A stretch of 64,000 bases of DNA from assembly GCA_035084275.1 (NCBI GenBank), contig CM068742.1, positions 63,426,001-63,490,000 of the forward strand. The letters run 5' to 3'. How positions within the stretch are numbered: position 1 is the first letter of the stretch; every line of letters begins with the position of its first letter. The notes below the pieces were generated by a model. That model was not told the origin of the DNA, made no database searches, and saw only the letters and a program-made list of their open reading frames with translations. Below are positions 1 to 10,175 of this stretch, one piece after another. The translations under genes were made by a program, and so were the position numbers. The stretch is from Hydrolagus colliei. Its lineage: Eukaryota.

Positions 1-19
1 ATCTTAGACTATGTCATTG

Positions 20-102
20 CACCACTGACTTTGAGAGAATGAGGGAGAAAGTGGGCCTCCTGACCCAGAGGCAACAGTACTACCACTGAGCTAGGCTGAC
101 AT
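20..102 (-). mobile_element. DeuSINE/SacSINE-like SINE, degraded tRNA-head fragment
   Basis: ctgacccagaggcaacagtactaccactgagctaggctgaca resembles the reverse-complemented head in other copies (37515-37557, 42400-42442). Confidence 0.45.
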
Positions 103-349
103 GTGATAAGCTACAGTATCAAATTCAACCACTTGCATTTATATGTGACGTCCTCCCGACGTGAAAGGCGCTCTAAAAATTTAATTGTGTTGTTGTTTAT
201 ATAGTGCTCTTCATACAGGATAGCAACACAAATCACTGTTCAATGGTAGAGTTGGATGGACGGATTATTGGTTTATTATTCTCACATACTCCAATTCTCC
301 TCCTTATCTCTCTAATCATCCTCATTTTCTCCACTTGTAATAAATAAAA

Positions 350-700
350 CAGTAAAACTTCAATAATCCCACATTCCGAAAGCCAGCAACTCCCTAAAAT
401 TGCCGAAACACTTGTGCACACAAGGAACGCTGTTTGTATTTTGAAATCTTTTTTTCTGATGTCTGGCAAATCCCCCAAAATTCGGAACAGCTGCTTGCAG
501 TTCCCGCTGGAGCCGCTCTGTCATCCGGCGCTGTGGGTGCAGCTCAGGCATAGTTTGGCTTCAGTGCCGTGTTTACAGCACACGTGGTGTATGGGGCGGG
601 GCTTCCCCGGCCATTTCTAGGGTAGGTTCTAAATACCGGCAAACTCCGAAATCCAGGAGGTGAATGGGCACAAATGTGCCGGATTATCGAGGTTTTACTA
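350..700. mobile_element. Tigger/pogo-like non-autonomous DNA element (MITE)
   Basis: Left end cagtaaaacttcaataatcc (350-369); right end 681-700 reverse-complements to tagtaaaacctcgataatcc (17/20 match); GC-richer interior; CAGT-type TIR start. Confidence 0.7.
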
Positions 701-720
701 AAGCAATCCTTGCATTTGAT

Positions 721-780
721 ACAACAACTACTTGGATTTATATTGCGCCCTCTATGCCGAACGGCGTCTCAGAGTGCATT
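721..780 (-). mobile_element. L2-type LINE 3' tail fragment
   Basis: (AAC)n followed by atttatattgcgccctctatg...cgtctcagagtgc, the same tail type as 17872-17940. Confidence 0.55.
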
Positions 781-1231
781 TGATATGGCGCTTACACACT
801 GAGAAGACCTCTCAAAAGCATGTTACAGGATATACTCGAACATTCAGTGACTGCATTTTGTAGATGAATGAAAGTTCTGAGAGTTTCTTCTTTTTGGGGC
901 AGAAGATAGAAATAATTGCAATGTGACGTGAGGTCAGTTGCAGACAATATGCTACAGACAATAATTTTTTTTATTATTCCCTAATAATTCCCTAATTATT
1001 CCCTAATTTTTTTTTGTATTTCCAATTTGCTGACCAGTTTATAGGTTAGGCTCCACACATCTCTGTATTTGTGACGACAGTGCCTGTGAACTATTTGCCT
1101 GATAATTGCAGGAATCCAATCTCATTTGATCAATAAATTGGAATACAAAACTCCAACAAGATGATGCACAGCAGCTGGAGAGTATGGGAGGCAGTCTCAA
1201 GAAGATGCTCTTGAAGCAAAGATAAGTATAT

Positions 1232-4200
1232 TTAACCCTTTGAACCCTGAGATCCCAGAGAATGAGCCTCTCCCCCCTGAGCCCCCCAAACAGAAATGAC
1301 CGAAATTTGCAAAATTCAATATTAGCTTATAAAACTTGTACTCATTGTAATATACAATAAAAACATGTGAAAACACATTACAGTTTATTTATTAAAATAA
1401 GTGCAGTTTTCAGATGAAATTGGAACCAATAGCCCACCTTTTACTGAAATTATACAAACTTAGTGAAAACATGGTAAAGCATAACATAGTAAAGCATAAC
1501 ATAGTAAGTACTGTAAAAGTAAACATAGTACAGGAACTCCTCAATTACCATTGGGGATGTTCTTGAAAAGTGCAACTTTAATTGAAATGATATATAGCGA
1601 AACCTAAATGGCCGTAGGCCCTAATAATATAAACAAGAGATACATTCCTTCAGTACAATTCTGGTCTAAATTTTCTTAAACTAATATTACATCGACCAAA
1701 AACAACACCACTAGTATTGAAAATTAGAATAAATGTTTAATAAATATATAAATAAGGTAAAAATACAATTAAGAGAACACTTACTGTAGATGGTTGATGT
1801 GGTCAGCGGGTGGAGTGGCAGGAGGGAGTGGAGTCATTCAGATTAAAGGGCGGGATTACCAGAGTGTGCCCTCTCTCCCTGCCTCCATCACACCACAAAC
1901 AGCTGGCACGCATTTGCGCCGTCAAACTTTTTTTGTTATCGAAATGTACGAATGAGCAAACACGTGCCAGCAATCAGATGTTTGGGGATGCGTCGTGATG
2001 CAGCCAGTAGGGAGGAGTCTCTGGTAATCTGTGGTAAATTTCTGCCGACCGACACCGTCCCCGGGAGGCCTGTGGCCGGGGAGAGGGGGGGGGAGAGCGT
2101 GGACTCGACTGACCGCACCTAACAACATCTCCCTGGTCCTGTCCCCAGCACACCTCAGCCTCTGTTCCTTACAACTTCCCGTCTCAACCTACAATGTGAT
2201 CCAGAGATTGGCTCATATGTGTTCGGATGTCAGACATCCTGCATGGAGTCCACGTAGTGTTGCCAAACCTCCAGAGTGTAGAAAAATGTCAAACAGAAAT
2301 AAAAAAAGTGCAATAGCTTTAGATACCACTGTAAGGTTTCCACTATTACCCGATGTTCCACAAATCCCGAGGTGGTAGAGATATAGCGAAAGAAATGGCG
2401 AGAGTTTCAGACGTCATTGTGCTGTTCCAACCAGCACAGACTTACCTTCGGTTGACGGCTGAGGTAAAGCCCAGTGGTGAACAGAGGCGACTGACCCCAC
2501 CTGCCCCGGCCACGGGGGGGCCGCGGGCGGGGTAGAGGCGACTGACTGACTGACACAGTGGATAACCTCAATGTCTGTGTTCCTACATTCCGTGCTCACC
2601 AACATTATCGTCAACCCATTCTGTGAGCTACACATTGATCTAACAACATCTCCCTTGTCCTGTCCCCTTCAAACCTCAGCCTCTGTTCCTAACAATTTGC
2701 CTTCTCAAACTACAATGTGATCCAGAGATTGGCTCATATGTGTTCGGATGTCGGACATCCTGCATTAAGTCCACATATTGTTGCCAAACCTCTGGAGTGT
2801 AGAAAAATGCCAAAGAGAGAAAAAATGTGTAATAGCTTTAGTTGCCACTGTAAGGTTTCCACTATTACACTCACCTGATGTTCCACAAATTCTGAGGTGC
2901 CAGAGAAATGGCGCAAGTTTCAGTGGTCAATGTACTGTTCCAACCAGCACAGACTTACCTTGGGTTGATGGCTGAGGTGAAGCCCAGAGGTGATCAAGGT
3001 CACAGGCTCCAGGTCAACTTTTGAATAACTGAGGAGAGCCCAGCCAAGCAAGAAACCACAGAAAGGAGCCTCCTCATCAAACCTGCAAATGGTGAAATGG
3101 AGTGAGAAAAATCATTCATAAATACAACAAATTGTATTTTCTCACAAAGATCAGTCAAACTAGCAACAACGATGAATCCCATGGGGCTCCCATTACCCAA
3201 CATTCAGATTCTTTCCCTTCACCACCACAGAGAAACACCATTTTGCACATGATTTACAGTCCACCCGAAAGACAATTACAGACTTTCAGCACTGAGCTGA
3301 CTGAACCACCCACTCAAGGCCAGAACCAACTCAGCCAAGTTAACAATTCAGCCAAGTCAACAACCCCAACCGTGATCCTAACTCCGCCTGACCCAAGGGA
3401 ACTCCACTGAGCCAGACCTGTCAGACTCTGACCTGCCACAACTGCCCACAACCAACCTCAGCAAACAGACACTGACTCTACCCCTGCACTGAACAAACTA
3501 GAGCTCGACCACGGGCACCAACAGGAACTGACTCTCAGCCACCAAACTGAGCCAACATTCGCAGACACCACCTCTGGGCAAATAAACTCAACCAACCTTC
3601 ACACAGCTACTCTACATTCTCCAAGTACAAACAACTTTACTCTTATCCTAACTGAAACTATTGCAACAGAAATGATTCAATCTTATTTTACACTGTGTAA
3701 CTGTAGTGCCTAACCTCAATCTCTGTGTTGCTACATTCTGTGTTTATCAATTTTATCCTCAATCTGACCTGTGAGCTCCACACTAACCTAACAACATCTC
3801 CTTGGTTCTGTCCCCAGCATATCTCAGATTCTGTTCCTAACAACTTTCCCTCTTGACCTATAATGTGATCCAGAGATTGCCTCATATGTGTTCACATGTC
3901 GGACATCCTGCATGGAGTCCACATTGTCTTGCCAAACCTCTGGTGTGTAGAAATGTGCCAAAGAGAGAGAGAGAAAGAGCTTTAGTTGACATTTCCACTA
4001 TTACACTCACCTGATGTTCCACGAATCCCGAGGTGGTAGAGCCACAAGGAAAGAAAAACGTTACGAGTTTCAGATGTACATTCGGTTGACAGCTGAGGTG
4101 AAGCCCAGAGGTGAACAAGGTCGCTCGCAGGCACGGACAGGCTCTAGGTCACCTTCAGAATAACCAAGGAGATCCCAGCCAAGGAACAACCAACAGAAAG

Positions 4201-4860
4201 GAGCCTCCTCGTCAAACCTCAAAATGAAACAGTGTTTGAGAAATTCATCCATAAATACAACAAATTGTACCATCTCACTCACAAAGAGCAGTCAACCCAA
4301 CAACTAAACCAACTCAGCCCTGAATCCAATCAACTGAACCAACTCTCAGCCCAACTCTCTGTACCAACTAAACAACTAAAGCAACTCAGCCCTCAACCAA
4401 CGCGGACATCAACCAGCTCTCGGCAACTACACAATGCCAGTCGCTAGCAAACTGACTTTGTGATCTGCTTCAAACCAGCCCTGACAGGAACCAACTCTCA
4501 GCCCTGAACAAACTCAACCAAGTATCGATCCTGAACCAAGTCAACATTAATCCACCAACATCTCCCCCGTCCCGTCCCCATCAAACCTCAGCCTCTGTTC
4601 CTAACAACTTCTCATCTCGACCTACAATGTGATCCACCGATTGGCTCATGTGTGTTCGGATGTCAGACATCCTGCATGAAGTCCACATAGTGTGGTCAAA
4701 CCCAAAGTGTGGAAAGATGCCAGAGAGAGAAACAGGTTTCAATTTTGTTATAATCCCAGGATCCCAATAATTCAGATTTACCGCATGTTATTCTCAGAGA
4801 AACCCAGCCAGGGCCAAGCTCCACAACTAGCACCCAAAGTAAAGATATATATATAATATA
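1232..4860. mobile_element. Putative piggyBac-like (TTAA) non-autonomous element containing internal tandem repeats
   Basis: Starts TTAA-CCCTTTGAACCCTGAG (1232-1251), then an AT-rich subterminal region and a repeat array. The only candidate far end is a partial ctcagggttaa at 8863-8873, and that match is ambiguous. Confidence 0.35.
2121..4730. repeat. Higher-order diverged tandem repeat (4 copies of a core module within ~0.5-1.15 kb units)
   Basis: Core aacatctcc...ctcagcctctgttcct...acaatgtgatccagagattggctcatatgtgttcggatgtc..acatcctgcat..agtccac at ~2121, 2642, 3790 and 4557. Upstream module at 2555-2641 and 3704-3789. Downstream module (...cataaatacaacaaattgta) at 3003-3150 and 4138-4287. 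Confidence 0.92.
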
Positions 4861-4866
4861 TATATA
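4845..4866. repeat. (TA)n microsatellite abutting the Tx1 3' end
   Basis: atatatatataatatatatata. Confidence 0.85.
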
Positions 4867-5337
4867 CACTTTTTGTTTAAACAAATATATTTATTTGGGT
4901 TAAAACCATATATAATTTGTTTGTTTAAACTTTTTCCCGTTGCACAACACGCATAAACAAATCAAAAACCATTTTCTCTCGTGACAATCCCACAGCAGCC
5001 CTGTCTGGCTACCCACGCAAAAACCTAAAAAAAAAAGTCTCCACAGTCTTTGTGGGAAAACTAAACCAAACCTATCGTTCTCGTCACATACATCAATGTC
5101 TATATCTCACATTCCCCTTATATAACTAGAGCCTCCTCGCTTCTCTGCGCTGCTTCCTTTACATACTGGGAGCAGTTACATAAAGGCTAATACTAGCTCC
5201 AGCATCCTTCCCTTACCGGATGACAGGCCAAAAAAAAACACAAGAAAAACAAAACACACTCTGTTACTCCCCCCTTGATGGGGAGATGTTTCTCCCTTCT
5301 GTGGGAAAGTATACAGAAACATTCAATTGAGGACGCT

Positions 5338-7342
5338 CTGCTCCCTCCTGATGGCCTGTGCAAAGGGCTCGATGCAACAGACAAACAGGGTTTGGCAGAG
5401 GGGGCACCCCTGCCTTACTCCAGACCTGACGGGGAAAGGTAGCGTTTCATTCCCATTAACCATCATGACACAGCAGCCATCTCTGCAGGTGGACCCAATC
5501 TCGAATTCTCTGTCCAAAACCCATTTTGGCAAGTACCTCATACATGTAGTCATGAGATACTCAGTCAAAGGCTTTCTCTTGGTCCAGACTGATGAGGCAG
5601 GTCTCCACCTCTCTCTCTTGCACGTAGGCGATGGTGTCCCTTAACAACACGAGGTTGTCAGAGATCCTCCAGCCTGGCACCGCGCAGGTCTGATTGGGGT
5701 GAATTACCCGCTCCATTACAGTCTTCATTCTCTCTGAGATCACCTTGGCCAAGATCTTATAATCCACATTTAGCAGAGATATAGGTCTCCAATTCTTTAA
5801 ATCCACTTTCTCTTTATAAATCAAGGTGATGTTACCTTTCCGCATCGAGTCAGTCATGATTCCTTCCTGAAGCATACTCTCGTACACTTCCAGGAGGACC
5901 AGTCTGATCACGTCCCACAAGACTAAGTACAGTTCCACTGGAATGCTGTCACACCCCGGGGTCTTACCAGTCTTGAGGGAACTTACCGTCTTGGTCAGCT
6001 CTTCAATCGAGAGCGGACGATCCAGATGTTCTCGACTTCCCTCGTCCACCACTTTAGTGAGGGCAGAGAGAAAATCCCGAGTGGCCATGCTCTCTGTGGC
6101 TTTCTCGCAATACAGGTCCTCATAGAAGGATGTTGCGATCCTCCGCATGTCTTCCTGTTCTGTGCACACCGAGTCATCTCCATCTTTCAACCTGGAAATC
6201 ACAGAGCTGCCTCTGTTCACTTTCCAGAAGAAGAAGCTGGTACACTTCTCATCTCGTTCTTTCGTGCTCACTCTGGAGCGGAAAAAGACCTTGGAGGCTT
6301 CCGAGGCGAGCAGCACTCCTTGCTGGTCTCTCACCTTTCTAAGTGCGTCCCTAACATCTGTACCTTCTTGCTGCTTCTTTAGGAGCTTTTGCAACTCTTT
6401 CTGCAGTCTATCCCTTTCCCGGTTAATGGCCTTTGCCAATTGAACCCCTTTTCGGACAAAGAATCCTTTGATTCGACTTTTCACAATTTCCCACCATTCT
6501 GTAGGAGTCACAGAAGTCCCTCAAGGTTTTCCACCCTCGGTACTCCTTCCGCAACTCCTATGCATTCTTACGGGTCAAAAGCTTCATGTTCAGCTTCCAC
6601 ATACCTCGACCTCTCCTCATGCTTCCGTGAGCTCGTCAGCAGGAGGCGATGGTCGGTAAAAACAACGCCAGCTGAATGTCAGTATTTACAACTTCTAGTC
6701 CTCACAAAACGAATAGGAAATCTGTTCGTGAGAAGACCGACCTACTGGGGTTAGAATAGGTGAATCGTTTGGGGGCCCATCATCTGGAGCCTTGAAAACG
6801 TCACGCAAACCTCCATCTGCAACCACTTTTTGAAGCAGCCTGGACGAAGCCCCTATCCTCCCATCAGATCTGTTGGATCTCCCGTCTCTCTCCATTATAC
6901 AATTATAATCTCCTCCCAGGATGACTGGCTTGGGTGTGAGCAGCCAGGGAGGTAGCATCCGGAAAAGGGCCTCTCGATCATGACTCCCTGACAGAGCTTA
7001 CACATTAATTAGCCTAATCAGAGCTTCAATGTACACCACATCCACCACGAGAAGTCTCCCCCCCCCCCAATCACTTCTTTATAGTCAGTGATGGTGAGGT
7101 TTTTTTCCTTTCAGTAGGACCGCCACACCAGAGCAAAGGGTGTCATTACCCCCGGACCACACAGAGCGTCCGTACGGGTCCCACCACTTGGACCAAGTTC
7201 TGTAACTGTTGGAGTGCGGAATCCAGCACTCCTGCAGAAATAGAATATCAGCCTTGACTCTGGACAGGTACTGAAGCTTCGCTACACAGCATGTTGATTT
7301 TTTAACGCTGCGTATGTTCAGGGTACTTATCCGTAGTGCCAT
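5338..7342 (-). pseudogene. Tx1 ORF2 (AP endonuclease + N-terminal RT), frameshifted and truncated before YADD
   Basis: MALRISTLNIRSV..ADILFLQEC (APE start), ILGGDYNC, WWEIVKSRIK, KTPGCDSIPVELY, KNWRPISLLNVDYKILAK, SLDQEKAFD, GVRQGCPL; joins the 3' UTR at ~5338. Confidence 0.92.
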
Positions 7343-8705
7343 TTACATACTTGCCCGTTTCCCCTGGTCTTCCATCTGCTCCTGTCCTTTTCCATCTCCT
7401 CCGGGTTTGTTTTCTGTATTTGTCCTCTTCTCCTTTTCCTGTACCTGCGGTGTCAGTCTTGGAGTATTTACAAATTTCTGGCCTACTTTTGTCCCCTTTG
7501 TCTCTTTGTTAGAGGTTCTGCCCATTATCTCCGTTTGCTGTCTCTTTTTTTTGGGGGGAACGGAAGCCATCCTTCTTTTCCCTTCCTGTCTCCCTCCTCT
7601 TTTCTCCATCACTGTCACTATCATAGTCACTTTCTCTTTGCTGTACCCCCTTGTGTTGGTCGGTATAGGATCTTTTTATTCCTTCTTCTTTGAATTTTTG
7701 TCGGGTGCGTTTCCCGGCTACCTGCCAGTTTTCTTTTTTCCTTTATGTCCGATATGTCCAATATGTCCATGTCATCCCCACTGGTGTGTCCTGGCTCAAG
7801 CTCCTTCCTGTTTGGTCCTTTTTCCCTCCTTTATCCCGGGGTCTACCTCCATCGACAGAGCTGCCAACCAGTATGTTTTTGCCGTATTTAGTACGGTAAA
7901 TTGAAGTAAATACAGCAGTACGAGTTTTTCTTGTTAAAATAATTTTTTTGGAAAATCCAAATTTTGGAAATTCCATACTCTGTCTGTCTGTCTCTCCTTC
8001 TCTCTGTCTCAATCTCCTCTGTGTGTGTTTCTCTCTCTCTGTCTCGGTTGCGCTCGCTCTCTTTCTGTGTCTCTCTCTCTCTCCATTTGAGTCTCTGGCT
8101 GTCACAATCTCACTCACAGTCTCTCTCTGTCTCTTTCACTCTCTCTCTCCCTACCTTCAAATAGCAGTGCTACCTACCTTCTGCCGTTGCTGATACACTA
8201 ATTGTCAGCGTTAGGCACTTGGCTAGGCGCAAGGCATCACTTGGAACAATTTTTTTCATATACAGAAACACAGTAGCAACCCCCTCTTAATGCAATTTTT
8301 GCCACACAGGGGGTTTCAAAGTCCCATTTTACTTGGCATCTTTTCACACTGTAATTTTTTTTGTTAGGTCCCAGTAGGTTCTGAGGAAAATACTGTTTTT
8401 TTACTACAAAATACTGTTTTTAGCTTTCAGGAGTACTTTTTTTTTGTTAAAAAAGTTTGGCAGCTACTCACCTTCATTTTCCCCACTCCCCACTGCCTCC
8501 TTCCCTACTATTTTCTCCCCTCTACTTTTGATTTCTCTCCCTACTCTCCCCCCCACTTGCTGTCCCCCCTCTCACTACTCTCTGTTCTCCCAGTGCTATT
8601 ACTCTGTACTCTACTGCTAGAATTATCTGTTGGCTCTCCTTCCTCTAAACTACTACACCTCCCAGTCTCTTTTTTCCCATTCTGCCCCTTATTCCTTCTT
8701 CCCAT
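7343..8705 (-). pseudogene. Putative Tx1 ORF1 remnant (K/E/G-rich, disrupted)
   Basis: ATG at 8705 (MGRRNKGQNGKKETG...) just downstream of the shared leader; a K/E/Q-rich segment ends exactly at the ORF2 ATG (7342); interrupted by stops and a GA microsatellite. Confidence 0.55.
7978..8150. repeat. CT/GT-rich compound microsatellite
   Basis: Runs of tc/tg dinucleotides. Confidence 0.85.
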
Positions 8706-9087
8706 GGTTGGACCAAAAAGGCACCTAACCAGGAAAAAGGGAAAAACACCCCCCCAAATAAAAAGCTTAATTACCCTCTCTCTTAAAGAAAAATTAAACC
8801 CCCATCCCTTTAGAGTCCACAAGCAGAGAACTGCTTTGATCCCTGGTTGGAGTGGGCTCAGCCTCAGGGTTAAATACTCACAGGTTTCAGTTCCATCATG
8901 TGGCCAACAGGGCAATGACATTCCCATGAGGTCCAATTGAAGATCTCCATGAATCTGACATCAATCAGGATCTTTCGTGTCATTTATGCCCCATTAACAA
9001 GTTTAGATAATTGGCTGACTATATATTGAATAGTTTGGAGGGTTAGCCTGATGTAACATGCCCAACCATTGGGTGGCCAGGCTTTCA

Positions 9088-10175
9088 GCCTGGTGGGTCA
9101 AAGCAGTTTATTGGTTTGTATGGTGGTGGTGGTGGTGGACTGTAAAGGGATGGGGATTAATTTTTTTTTATATAGTTTGGTGTAAAAGAGAGATTAGTAG
9201 GGTGTTTTTTTTTTGGGGTGGGGGGATTATTCCCTTTTTCTCCCCTCTCTGTGGAGGGCTGTGGAGGGAAGGAGAATGAGGAACATCTGTTCCTGCATTG
9301 TGCCTTCGCCAAATAGGTGTGGAACAAGACAGAGTGGCTACTCTCGCGGTTCATCCTGGGAGTCCCTCTGTGATATACGACCTCTTTCTGGGGACGCATG
9401 AGGTGATCGATCTACAATGCGCCTGGATGGTCAACAACTCGGTCAAGCAAGGCCTTTGGGTCTGCCGGAACCGAGAGACCTCCGGGCGTGGAAATAGGTC
9501 AGTGTCGGCCTGCTACAGGATGGTGATGGTAAGAGTCCGGGAATATGTTATCAGGGATGCCCTGGAGATAGGCTCGGACGAGGCCAAGGATAGGTGGGGC
9601 ATGACCTAATATAGAAGGTTTCGTGCGCGTGGGGGAATGCCACTGCCTAGAACATTGGGGACTCTATACGTAGTGCTTGTAGGGGGATGCTCGACCTGTA
9701 ACCAGAGAGCGTCCCCAAATGAATGTTTTTGTAGAAGCCTCTCCCCATAAAGGGGAGAGCATCGGAATAGTTCTTTTTGTTGTTTGTGTTTTGTTTTGGT
9801 TTTGGCCTACCATCCGGTAAGGGAAGGATGGTGGAGCTGGGATTAGCCCCTTTGTAACTGCTCCCTGTAAATAAAGGCAGCAGTACAGAGAAACGAGGAG
9901 GCCCTGACATATAAGGGGAATGTGGGTAATAGGTGTCTTATGATTTGTATCGAGAATTACAGGTTTTATTTGGGGGGGTTTTCTCCACAAAGATGGTGGA
10001 TGGTTTTTTGATGTCTGGTTTTTGTTTTTGCGTGGGTCAGGGCCGCTGCGGGATTGTCACAGGAGAAAATGTTTTTTGTTTTGCTTATGCGGGTCTGTGG
10101 AACGGGGGAAAAGCTTAAAAAAAACAAATTATATATGTTTTTAACCCCCAAATAAATATATTTGTTTAAAAAAAA
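9088..10175 (+). mobile_element. Short bipartite Tx1 derivative (5' leader fused to zf-RVT/C-terminus and 3' UTR)
   Basis: Leader gtggactgtaaagggatgggg (9135) matches 8820-8801 on the minus strand. Then CGGKENEEHLFLHCAFAK*VW (zf-RVT) and GLWVCRN, followed by a 3' UTR homologous to 4868-5338 and an A tail. Confidence 0.85.

Larger units (their letters stand above)
4868..8845 (-). mobile_element. Tx1-clade non-LTR retrotransposon, 5' end retained, internally deleted, degenerate
   Basis: 5' leader, ORF1 remnant, APE-RT ORF2 fragments and a 3' UTR ending aataaatatatttgtttaaacaaaa; leader and 3' UTR are homologous to 9088-10175. Confidence 0.88.

Noticed and set aside
2121-4730. Repeat array as CRISPR-like or retrozyme array
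   Set aside because: The units are long and diverged without unique spacers, the context is eukaryotic, and I found no CTGANGA...GAAA hammerhead core in the units.
7314-8193. 196-aa and other hydrophobic plus-strand ORFs
   Set aside because: They are antisense shadows of purine-rich Tx1 ORF1 and the GA microsatellite.
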